Shown: positions 1 through 6,989 of the stretch, piece by piece
How the letters are laid out: each line of letters starts with the position of its first letter
Numbering within the stretch: position 1 is the first letter of the stretch
Assembly (NCBI GenBank): GCA_018664485.1
Contig: JABJOE010000009.1
Span: forward strand, 142,635-192,692
Source: Candidatus Uhrbacteria bacterium
GTDB lineage: Bacteria > Patescibacteriota > Patescibacteriia > UBA9934
Reading direction: 5' to 3'
Length of the DNA stretch: 50,058 nucleotides
The notes under the pieces: model-generated
What the model was told of the DNA's origin: nothing
Seen by the model: only the letters and a program-made list of their open reading frames with translations
The model's database searches: none
Program-made: the position numbers and the translations under genes

Positions 1-828
1 TTTCCCCTTACCTTCTAACTCTTTTAATCTCTGTTTTAACTCGTGTTCGATTGACTTTACAGCTCGCTCCGTAGCATCAGCGTCGACAACATAATGCTTT
101 GCTGGGAAAATCCAAACATCTTTAAGTTCTTCTTTTATTTTTCGTGTAACGGGATCCAACGCAAAAACCTGCGTCAAAGTGTCGCCATCAAAAACGAATC
201 GATACATGAAAGACTTTTCTGAAATCGGCATCATCTCAATCACGTCGCCTCGTGCTCGGAATTTTCCACGCTCTACGTCGGCCGTTGTTCGCTGATAGAA
301 AAGATGAATCAGTCTTCGAAGGAAAGTTTGACGATCAATCTGATCACCAAGTTTAATGTGCCACACTTGGCTCTCATACTGTTTTGACGAACCAAGGTTG
401 TAGATGCATGAAACCGATGCCACGATGATCACGTCGCGGCGTGACAAAATTGCTTGCGTTGCAACGTGACGGAGTCTGTCGATCTCGTCATTTATCTGAG
501 CCTCCTTCTCAATGTAAGTATCAGACCTTGGCATGTACGCCTCTGGCTGATAGTAATCGTAGTACGAAACAAAATATGAAACTGCGCTATCTGGAAAAAA
601 TGATCGGAACTCGTGGCATAGCTGTGCCGCCAATGTCTTGTTATGTGCAATAACTAAAGTAGGTCGCTGCTGCTTTTCAATGATATTTGCGATGGTGAAT
701 GTTTTTCCTGATCCGGTAACACCAAGCAAGGTTTGTTTATCCAAACCTTTTTCTAATCCTTCGTTAAGTTGTTTAATCGCCTCTGGCTGATCACCCGCAG
801 GCTCCCAGTCGGCTTTAAGTTTAAACAT
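1..828 (-). CDS. uvrB: excinuclease ABC subunit B, N-terminal 276 codons (rest lies left of the window)
   Basis: Absent from the ORF track because there is no stop in the window. Hand translation from ATG 826-828 gives MFKLKADWEPAGDQPEAIKQLNEGLEKGLDKQTLLGVTGSGKTFTIANIIEKQQRP, the canonical UvrB N-terminus with Walker A GSGKT. The frame stays open to nt 1. Confidence 0.9.
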   Translation of the reverse strand, partial: MFKLKADWEPAGDQPEAIKQLNEGLEKGLDKQTLLGVTGSGKTFTIANIIEKQQRPTLVIAHNKTLAAQLCHEFRSFFPDSAVSYFVSYYDYYQPEAYMPRSDTYIEKEAQINDEIDRLRHVATQAILSRRDVIIVASVSCIYNLGSSKQYESQVWHIKLGDQIDRQTFLRRLIHLFYQRTTADVERGKFRARGDVIEMMPISEKSFMYRFVFDGDTLTQVFALDPVTRKIKEELKDVWIFPAKHYVVDADATERAVKSIEHELKQRLKELEGKGK

Positions 829-1019
829 GGTTTTGTTTTATATGACTACAACCCACTTTTCCTTAGATGAAGTAATTTCAGAAGATCAAAAACGTCCAGA
901 TTCCTTGCTTACTATGGCCCCTATAGGCCAAGCGAGGGATCCGGATTGTTCGTACGGAGAGGATATCACAACGTCCTTATAAGTAAAGAACGACGAAAGC
1001 CCATCCAGAACAGACGGGC

Positions 1020-1112
1020 TTACGAGAACATGTGGTGACGGATGAGAACGATGATGACCGCTACAAGTGATAGTACGCCGAAAAAGATCAGCTCTTTAGT
1101 TTTTCTGTGCAT
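1020..1112 (-). CDS. hypothetical 30-aa hydrophobic peptide (below the ORF-track size cutoff)
   Basis: ATG 1110-1112 has AAAGGGGG 4 nt upstream. Translation: MHRKTKELIFFGVLSLVAVIIVLIRHHMFS*. It is followed by hairpin GCCCGTC-N7-GATGGGC and a T-rich tail (995-1019). Confidence 0.35.
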   Translation of the reverse strand: MHRKTKELIFFGVLSLVAVIIVLIRHHMFS

Positions 1113-1211
1113 GACACCCCCTTTAATAAGAACACTACCCGTAGCACCAATACTTGTCAAAAGGGTTATAATACGCTATTCTCTCACAACTGCGACGACC
1201 GCAGTTGAGTC

Positions 1212-1242
1212 AAAAGAACCCTGCAAGGGGTTCTTTTATTTT
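1212..1242. terminator. bidirectional-looking intrinsic terminator hairpin
   Basis: aaaaGAACCCtgcaaGGGGTTCttttatttt read directly, with an A-run on one side and a T-run on the other. Confidence 0.6.
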
Positions 1243-1273
1243 ATATAGCTGTAACTTCGAACGGGACGTATTC

Positions 1274-1409
1274 ATTTTAGAATAGTTTCGGTGAGCGGGT
1301 GGCGGGCAAGGAGACGCCAGGCGGAGCCTGGTCCGGCTTCGCCGGATACCATCACCTTAGCCGAGATCAAACAGAGGCTCCATAAGCCGATAATAGTCCG
1401 AGTGAGAGC
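1274..1409 (-). repeat. intergenic imperfect-palindrome element, copy A (begins 8 nt after the NMNAT-like stop)
   Basis: Minus-strand reading shows CGGCTTATGGAGCCTCTGTTT, GC hairpins CCGGCGAAGCCGG and CCAGGCTCCGCCTGG, GCGTCTCC, and the tail GCTCACCGAAACTATTCTAAAATGAA. The same blocks recur at 9.1-9.4, 21.2-21.4, 34.0-34.2, 37.5-37.6 and 38.46-38.50 kb. Confidence 0.75.
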
Positions 1410-1416
1410 ATTTCGA

Positions 1417-1902
1417 CTATTGCTTTCCTTCTTGCATCTTGTCGTATACCACATCCATAGCCCCCGCCGGTACCTTTGTTCGCCAATTCTTATCGTTACC
1501 CGAAATCATTTCGCGAATTTCTTTACCAACAAATCCTGGAACAGGTGAAATCTTTTGTGTTCTTTTCTCTAAACCTTCAAACAATGCACGGACAGCTTCG
1601 TCTCCACTCCAAATCTGTGGATCTTCTGGCCAACCGGCAGCTTCCAAAACCTTGTCTGCCCATTCGGCGTCATCAGTACAGTCAGAAACCTCTGCGATCG
1701 TAGCGTCCATGATCTCCGCTTCGAGCAAAGCTGCCGAAATCATCTCGCGTACCTTTTCTGTAGAAAATATATCGTCGTCGTGATGATCGCCACTACAAAT
1801 CACAATTACAACATTCGGACATGACTTAATCATCCCTTTCGCTACCATCAAATGACCAATGTGAAACGGCTGAAACCGTCCAGGAAAAATACAAGTACTC
1901 AT
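1417..1902 (-). CDS. nicotinamide-nucleotide adenylyltransferase-like cytidylyltransferase (archaeal NadM type)
   Basis: The ORF track translation contains CIFPGRFQPFHIGHLMV, i.e. the (H/T)xGH nucleotidyltransferase motif in a GRFQPFHxGH context. ATG at 1902; the track's TTG at 1914 is an alternative start. Confidence 0.75.
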   Translation of the reverse strand: MSTCIFPGRFQPFHIGHLMVAKGMIKSCPNVVIVICSGDHHDDDIFSTEKVREMISAALLEAEIMDATIAEVSDCTDDAEWADKVLEAAGWPEDPQIWSGDEAVRALFEGLEKRTQKISPVPGFVGKEIREMISGNDKNWRTKVPAGAMDVVYDKMQEGKQ

Positions 1903-1941
1903 AAGTTTCTGCAATCTTAAAATGTATGAATTCTAAAGTTA

Positions 1942-2874
1942 TTATACCAGACTCTCTTCTTCCTCACGCCATGTACGCATATTCGCATCAAATCCTAACG
2001 GTCTATCAAAAGCCCTGGCAGACTGAGACATCACCATCGGTGGAACATTAATTCGACTCATGTTGATAGAGCCAAGGCCTTCCTCATGCGAAAAGTGCAG
2101 ATAACCAATATGTGACGGGTCCAAGCCCATCAAAGTAGCTCCCACAGCGTCCACTGCTAATGCGTCCATTCCGGCAAGAACAATCCCCGATTGTACTGCA
2201 GTACCGCGCACGGGACCATCTCCCTCCATTGCAAGAACTCCGTCAACGATAGCAACGTCACATGGCAACTGCTTATAAAGTTCTGCGATAGATTTGTGAT
2301 GTGCGGTCGATCCTTCTTCGTCCAACCAAGGCCAGCGTGCCCATACTCGACCTGTAGCGCTCACTCGAGAAGGCGTAACCCATGTTCCAACTGTCCAGTT
2401 CTGTATAGAGAGTGATGCACCGGTTACGGCATCGATCTTCATTGGTGTGAGTGAAATTCGAAGGTCAACTTCATGTGCCAGTTTGGATCGTCGAATAGGA
2501 TTACGAGTACCATCGCGTTTTACAGTCCATCCATCGACAACTTCATCGTCATTTAAATTTACAAGTTCTACCTGTTTGTACTCGCGCAACAAATTTTCAT
2601 ACCCGAATCTTTGCCAGGCACTAATAGTTCCGCGATATCCAGCATCTCCAACCAATATCTGCCCTGGCGAATATATCTTCAAAACATCTAGCAAGCCTCG
2701 GACCGCATCAACATGTGTACATGCGAGCTGACGCTCATGGTCAACAAGGTTCACCTTAATTAAAATACGCTGAGCATCGCGTACTAAGCCAAAAAAATCA
2801 TCTCCAAGGGCATCGACGGCCTTGCGCACAAGTTTCCTTCGATCCTGTCCACTTTCGAGAATAACATCAATCAT
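1942..2874 (-). CDS. DUF362-domain protein
   Basis: 310-aa ORF with ILIKVNLVDHERQLACTHVDAVRG and a C-terminal LAMEGDGPVRG...MDALAVDAVGATLMGLDP pattern typical of DUF362 (recognised from memory). Confidence 0.7.
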   Translation of the reverse strand: MIDVILESGQDRRKLVRKAVDALGDDFFGLVRDAQRILIKVNLVDHERQLACTHVDAVRGLLDVLKIYSPGQILVGDAGYRGTISAWQRFGYENLLREYKQVELVNLNDDEVVDGWTVKRDGTRNPIRRSKLAHEVDLRISLTPMKIDAVTGASLSIQNWTVGTWVTPSRVSATGRVWARWPWLDEEGSTAHHKSIAELYKQLPCDVAIVDGVLAMEGDGPVRGTAVQSGIVLAGMDALAVDAVGATLMGLDPSHIGYLHFSHEEGLGSINMSRINVPPMVMSQSARAFDRPLGFDANMRTWREEEESLV

Positions 2875-2928
2875 GGGGTGACTTTAGCACCTTGAGGTAA
2901 GAGTCGCAATTAAGTACCATATACACGT

Positions 2929-3252
2929 ATGAAAAAGACTTTTAAAGAGCAGTGGAACGAAAGACTTGCCGAGGCGCAACAAAAAGAAGATAAGATGAGT
3001 AAGCCTGAAATGCGCGACACCCCCGAAGCCACGAAGCACTATCGAAAGATTGGATTTATGTTATTTGTGCTTGGATGTGCATTTGCCGTAGCCAACTTCG
3101 CTACCCTTATGATGGAAGGACGCATTCTGATCATTTCCTTTTCAGTAATGATCTTCTGTATTCCATTCGGGCTTTGGCTAGTAGCATTTGGTAAACTTCC
3201 AAGATGGTTCACGGAGCTTAATAAGCATTTGAAAAAGGGTTATAAAAAGTAA
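2929..3252 (+). CDS. hypothetical two-TM membrane protein
   Basis: 107-aa ORF with two hydrophobic spans (FMLFVLGCAFAVANFATL, ILIISFSVMIFCIPFGLWLVAF). A hairpin lies immediately downstream. Confidence 0.6.
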   Translation: MKKTFKEQWNERLAEAQQKEDKMSKPEMRDTPEATKHYRKIGFMLFVLGCAFAVANFATLMMEGRILIISFSVMIFCIPFGLWLVAFGKLPRWFTELNKHLKKGYKK

Positions 3253-3254
3253 CA

Positions 3255-3278
3255 GACCCCCTACAAGTGCAGGGGGTC
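3255..3278. terminator. GC hairpin between convergent genes
   Basis: GACCCCCTacaagtgcAGGGGGTC. The T-run is present only on the minus-strand side (tctgttacttttt). Confidence 0.5.
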
Positions 3279-3345
3279 CGAGACGAGGTTCTTACTGTAT
3301 CTGGCCGTATTTTACCACCGCAAAACTCAACCGACACCACTCGTT

Positions 3346-3750
3346 CTATCGACGAAGATCGTGAACGACGTATATGTTGCACAGAGGTCCCGATTGACCA
3401 AATCGACAGTTCATAGTCGAGTCAGTGGCATTGATAAACTGTGCAACCAAAATCAATGCACTGTCAGAGTGGTTCTCCACCACATCATCGATGGTACGCG
3501 AAGTTTGTGGAGATACTCGCATCCACCTATCATCAAAGCCCAGAACAAACGCTACGCAAATCATAACGTGACCGAGAGATCCGTTGGCAGCACCTCCGAT
3601 GAGTGTATGGCCCGAAAGCTCGTCGGTATGCATGATCCTCACATGCGTACCGTTACCAACATTCAAAGACTCAAAGGAATCCGCGACCCCGAATCTTTCT
3701 ACCAGTTTTTTCAAGCCACCCTGTCCTAAGCCTAGTTCTATGGAGCTCAT
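3346..3750 (-). CDS. hypothetical protein (134 aa)
   Basis: ATG 3748-3750 is preceded by GGAGGAAGAG. GC is visibly higher than in the neighbours. No recognisable motif. Confidence 0.6.
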   Translation of the reverse strand: MSSIELGLGQGGLKKLVERFGVADSFESLNVGNGTHVRIMHTDELSGHTLIGGAANGSLGHVMICVAFVLGFDDRWMRVSPQTSRTIDDVVENHSDSALILVAQFINATDSTMNCRFGQSGPLCNIYVVHDLRR

Positions 3751-3847
3751 CTCTTCCTCCTACCGTGAAAATGGATGATGATCTTTTACACAGTACTAAA
3801 AATTACTGATATTTTACCAAAAAGTCAAGCATATAAGTCAAAAGCCG

Positions 3848-3876
3848 TTGACACAGGGGCCATTTTCACGTATATT
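3848..3876 (+). promoter_or_regulatory. sigma70-type promoter for tRNA-Gln
   Basis: TTGACA (3848-3853), a 17-nt spacer, then TATATT (3871-3876), about 65 nt upstream of the tRNA. Confidence 0.65.
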
Positions 3877-3941
3877 CTGACCGCGCATCATTGAGCGATT
3901 CCGGATCGTCCGGTACCGCTAGCTGGTGTAAAAGTTATTAT

Positions 3942-4015
3942 TCCCGGATCGTCTAATGGCAGGACGCCTGGTTTTGGTCCAGGTAATCGGAGTTCGAATC
4001 TCTGTCCGGGAACCA
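3942..4015 (+). tRNA. tRNA-Gln (anticodon TTG), CCA encoded
   Basis: Folded by hand. Acceptor TCCCGGA/TCCGGGA, D-stem GTCT/GGAC, anticodon stem CCTGG/CCAGG with loop TT-TTG-GT, T-arm CGGAG-TTCGAAT-CTCTG, discriminator A, then CCA. Confidence 0.9.
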
Positions 4016-4016
4016 A

Positions 4017-4047
4017 CAAAAGAACCGACAATTGTCGGTTCTTTTGT
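4017..4047 (+). terminator. intrinsic terminator after tRNA-Gln
   Basis: AGAACCGACAatTGTCGGTTCTtttgtt. Confidence 0.7.
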
Positions 4048-4090
4048 TGGTTCAAGGCCGAAGGCCTAAATGATTCTCTATGGTTTTAGC

Positions 4091-4161
4091 AAAAATCATT
4101 TCCGGGCAGAGACTTCCCGAGCGAAGAAAGTTTACTTTCGAGAGCGAGGGTATATATCTGT
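4091..4161 (+). repeat. 71-bp direct repeat, copy 1
   Basis: Identical 71/71 to 4262-4332 (AAAAATCATTTCCGGGCAGAGACTTCCCGAGCGAAGAAAGTTTACTTTCGAGAGCGAGGGTATATATCTGT). Confidence 0.95.
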
Positions 4162-4261
4162 TTGTCGGACATAGATCCTGCCGAACGATCAAGTCGCAGA
4201 CTTGTTTAGAGTGAGGCAATATATCTGTCTGAAGGTTTTCAAACTATTTCCGTGGAATCAT

Positions 4262-4332
4262 AAAAATCATTTCCGGGCAGAGACTTCCCGAGCGAAGAAA
4301 GTTTACTTTCGAGAGCGAGGGTATATATCTGT
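4262..4332 (+). repeat. 71-bp direct repeat, copy 2
   Basis: Identical 71/71 to 4091-4161. It ends 1 nt before the stop of the 4333.. gene. Confidence 0.95.
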
Positions 4333-4692
4333 CTAAAAGAAATTAACCCCGGCCATGAAAACGATCAACATTATTATTGTATTAACAAATAAAAGAACTC
4401 CAGCTATTGATAGGAAATATCCAAATAAATTCAAAAACTTCGTTGCGAGTCTATCTCCCGTCGGCGTTTTTACTATCGCGCCGATCACCCGTCTTTGATA
4501 TGCAAAAGCGAACCCCATCCACAAATCGGTCATTATCGACCGACTTGATGGAACATTTATAAAATCGTCTAACATCTTCTTAAGTGAGCCTATATCTCTA
4601 TGCCATTTTCCAAGCCACAAAACACCAAAGCCCATCGGTATGAAAGCTAGGCTGAATAGCACTTCAAAAATGTTTAGATTCAATATTTCCAT
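4333..4692 (-). CDS. hypothetical multi-TM membrane protein
   Basis: ORF-track 4333..4710. ATG at 4692 (MEILNLNIFEVLFSLAFIPMGFGVLWL...); the TTG at 4710 is an alternative start. Low GC. Confidence 0.6.
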   Translation of the reverse strand: MEILNLNIFEVLFSLAFIPMGFGVLWLGKWHRDIGSLKKMLDDFINVPSSRSIMTDLWMGFAFAYQRRVIGAIVKTPTGDRLATKFLNLFGYFLSIAGVLLFVNTIIMLIVFMAGVNFF

Positions 4693-4808
4693 ATAAAACA
4701 ATTGTAACAAAAAATGTGTTCATATATCGAGCTGCATGTACACAGTCCATATAACAAGAAACCGCCCGCGTGAGCGAGGGGCTCCGGGGCGATGAGATTG
4801 GCGGCGCA

Positions 4809-5165
4809 CTATGGCAGATCGCCGGTATCAACGTGCGGCAGCACGCTAGACGAATAGCTGCAGTTCTCGATGTCTTTACCGTCCATCACGATTTCGTATA
4901 CACAGGCCAGGCAAACGGTAGTATCGACTTCAAGCTCTCCACACTCGGGTGAATGGCAATCATGCCGATTACGCTTTCCGTCATACTCAATGGTAAGTCG
5001 CCAAACATCATCGTCGACAAACTCTGGCAACTCGGCAAGCGTACCCCTCACCTCGAGCCAATAACCACCCTTAACCTCCATACCTCTATTGTCACACCCC
5101 TCCCCAAGATCGGGGCCAAGCAAGAAAACGGCAACTAATGCACTGTGCACAATGTAACGAAACAT
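4809..5165 (-). CDS. hypothetical secreted Cys-rich protein (118 aa)
   Basis: ATG is preceded by TAGGAGGTCATC. N-terminal signal-like MFRYIVHSALVAVFLLG. Higher GC than the backbone. Confidence 0.65.
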   Translation of the reverse strand: MFRYIVHSALVAVFLLGPDLGEGCDNRGMEVKGGYWLEVRGTLAELPEFVDDDVWRLTIEYDGKRNRHDCHSPECGELEVDTTVCLACVYEIVMDGKDIENCSYSSSVLPHVDTGDLP

Positions 5166-5223
5166 GATGACCTCCTATATAAACTATAGCAGATAAGTGG
5201 TCGTTAAGTTTAAAAAGTAATTT

Positions 5224-5362
5224 GGTTGCTAAGTCGTTGAGTTACTAAGTTATTGAGTTGCTTGGCGTTTTTTTGTTTTAAGTTTTGAACATTTGATCTT
5301 TATTATTTGTTTGTTACTTATTTTCTGGATACTTGGTACTTTATGATTCTTGTCTGCCATAA
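5224..5362. repeat. ~130-bp AT-rich direct repeat, copy a (upstream of the 4809..5165 gene)
   Basis: Aligns with 6243-6370 with small indels: AAGTTATTgAGTTGCTTGGCGTTTTTTTgTTTtaAGTTTTGAacATTT...ATTTGTTTG...TGGAtACTTGGT...CTGCCAtaAAC. Confidence 0.8.
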
Positions 5363-5410
5363 AACAAAGCACCCCGTCGAAAGGCCGAAGGGGGCCTGTT
5401 CGCACGGGGC
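5361..5410 (-). terminator. terminator of the 5435..6154 gene
   Basis: Minus strand reads GCCCCGTgcgaacaGGCCcccttcGGCCtttcgACGGGGTGCtttgtttt. It is preceded by the perfect 16-bp palindrome CTGTAGATATCTACAG (5418-5433). Confidence 0.65.
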
Positions 5411-5434
5411 GAGAACGCTGTAGATATCTACAGT

Positions 5435-6154
5435 CTAGCGACTGTCTACGTGCGGGTCGGGTCCGTACCAGGTGAGGATTTTCTCAACTGCCGGACGTTC
5501 CGCCAACGGTACCGTGAGGTATACGTTGGGATCACTCCAGATAGTCAGAGCGCCGTCATCGTCGATCCAGCAGACGAGAGAACTTTTTCCTTGCATGCAC
5601 GGGCGAAGGTTGTCTCCGTGAATCTGCGTCGCCTTGCGGGCGCTATGCATCATAGCCCAGCAGGTGTACCTGGCAGGCTGATCATTGGGCGACTTCCACC
5701 CTGCTTCGGCGGCTTCCCTGCATGTCCGCACGTCCCGATTCGAGCTACTGGGTGCATCGTTGTCGTCAGGTGCGTTGCGCCCGTACCAGGTGATATGAGG
5801 GTCGACCTCGGGGCGATCTGCAACACGAACGAATGTCCAGTCAACATGGCTGCTCCAGATATACAGCCCACCCTTGTGCAGCTCGTTCTTCTCAACCCAG
5901 CATGCATTCGGCAGACCTCCATGTTCGCACGGGTAGAGATCATCTCCAGCAACATGTTTCTGGTTTCGGGCGGTTCGCATCTTGTTCGCACAGACACGCT
6001 CAGCTGGAATCGTGGTCGACAATCCCCAACCATCCTCAACGGCATCTGCACATTTCTGTGCGTCAGCCTTTGCGGTAGCCTCACGCTCCGCGGTCCTGTC
6101 TTTGTCTCCGCAGGCGAACATCATGACCAACAGGCCGGAAAGAAACAACTTCAT
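5435..6154 (-). CDS. hypothetical lipoprotein with an internal tandem duplication (~100 aa x2)
   Basis: SD GAGGGAG lies 5 nt before ATG 6152-6154. MKLFLSGLLVMMFAC is lipobox-like. The two halves share C..A.E.GW...PA...C...M..AR...GD.L.PC..G...CW....IWS....RP.V...TWYG. About 58 G+C per 100 nt by hand count. Confidence 0.75.
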   Translation of the reverse strand: MKLFLSGLLVMMFACGDKDRTAEREATAKADAQKCADAVEDGWGLSTTIPAERVCANKMRTARNQKHVAGDDLYPCEHGGLPNACWVEKNELHKGGLYIWSSHVDWTFVRVADRPEVDPHITWYGRNAPDDNDAPSSSNRDVRTCREAAEAGWKSPNDQPARYTCWAMMHSARKATQIHGDNLRPCMQGKSSLVCWIDDDGALTIWSDPNVYLTVPLAERPAVEKILTWYGPDPHVDSR

Positions 6155-6206
6155 CACTACTCCCTCAGGTCGGCGGAACTGCCATACCCAGTCAAAAGAC
6201 AGCTCA

Positions 6207-6234
6207 AATTATCACAAAAATGCCTTCATGTCAA
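6207..6234 (-). promoter_or_regulatory. promoter of the 5435..6154 gene
   Basis: Minus strand reads TTGACA (6229-6234), a 16-nt spacer ending in TGTG, then ATAATT (6207-6212). Confidence 0.6.
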
Positions 6235-6242
6235 TAGAATGA

Positions 6243-6370
6243 GAGTCGCTGAGTAATTAAGTTATTAAGTCGCTTGGCGTTTTTTTATTTGAAGTTTTGA
6301 GTATTTAATATTTGTTTGGTTCTTGCTTCTTGGACACTTGGTTCTTCGTGCCCCTTACCTGCCACTAACC
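6243..6370. repeat. ~130-bp AT-rich direct repeat, copy b (upstream of the 5435..6154 gene)
   Basis: See 5224-5362. It contains 8-bp-spaced TGAGT/TAAGT units. Confidence 0.8.
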
Positions 6371-6443
6371 ACGGATCCACACCTCATATCACCCAAAACA
6401 AACAAGCGTGCTAAAATATATCCGTAATTTATTATTCTTTTTT

Positions 6444-6923
6444 ATGAAGAAACTCCCATTTTTCCTACTCGCTTTTACTCTCGTACTAACTGGAGCCGGA
6501 TGTTCTGGTGCTACAGACTCAGGTGAAGGCGCTTCATCAGGAGGCGGAGACGGTGTTTCAATCTTCTCAACTGGAGAACTTGTAAACGACAGTCTTTACA
6601 ACGAGTACAACGGAAACACAGACGGATTCATGACATATGAATTCAACGAGGTGGAAGGAACATGTTCTGACAACATGCTCGGATCATTAACATACGAATA
6701 CCAGGATGCAAGTAAGTATCACGTTGGAATGAGCGACATCCAAGAAGACGACGCTCTAGTAGCGCTTGGAACAACGGCTAACACTATGGACTGGTACTTC
6801 TACGGAGTAGATGCAGGAACAGTAAGCTGCAGCTTCGAAATTGACGGAGAAACATTCGACGTAACATGTGACCAAAACAGTGCAGAGCTCTGTTCTGGAA
6901 CATTCACAGGTACAGCACTTTAG
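6444..6923 (+). CDS. hypothetical lipoprotein
   Basis: ATG 6444 gives MKKLPFFLLAFTLVLTGAGCSG (signal peptide plus Cys). The track start at 6408 is unlikely. Confidence 0.7.
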   Translation: MKKLPFFLLAFTLVLTGAGCSGATDSGEGASSGGGDGVSIFSTGELVNDSLYNEYNGNTDGFMTYEFNEVEGTCSDNMLGSLTYEYQDASKYHVGMSDIQEDDALVALGTTANTMDWYFYGVDAGTVSCSFEIDGETFDVTCDQNSAELCSGTFTGTAL

Positions 6924-6940
6924 TTCTCAAACAGACATTA

Positions 6941-6972
6941 AAAACACCCGCCACGGCGCGGGTGTTTTTGTT
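6941..6972. terminator. bidirectional terminator between convergent genes
   Basis: aaaaCACCCGCcacggcGCGGGTGtttttgtttt. Confidence 0.75.
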
Positions 6973-6989
6973 TTGTTCATTTTTATTAT

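Noticed and set aside
1272-1454. 60-aa ORF sharing the peptide VSGEAGPGSAWR with the 80-aa ORF at 25965..26207
   Set aside because: The shared peptide is just the translation of the 32-nt GC hairpin module repeated at both loci. Both ORFs lack start context and lie within repeat or hairpin sequence.
4091-4332. Possible CRISPR array (also considered for 9200-9396 and 21234-21398)
   Set aside because: There are only two repeat copies per locus, the repeats are 36-71 nt with spacings of 116-171 nt, they are related to a dispersed palindromic family, and there are no cas genes.
5450-6256. 268-aa plus-strand ORF, and other long ORFs (5650..6084, 5833..6078, 5982..6242), overlapping the 5435..6154 gene
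   Set aside because: These are shadow ORFs typical of a high-GC coding region. They have no SD or signal features, whereas the minus-strand frame has an SD, a lipobox and an internal domain duplication.
5224-6370. Integron attC sites as the identity of the 130-bp repeats
   Set aside because: The repeats are not imperfect palindromes, lack GTTRRRY core sites, and are AT-rich. The flanking genes carry their own promoters, and no intI is present.
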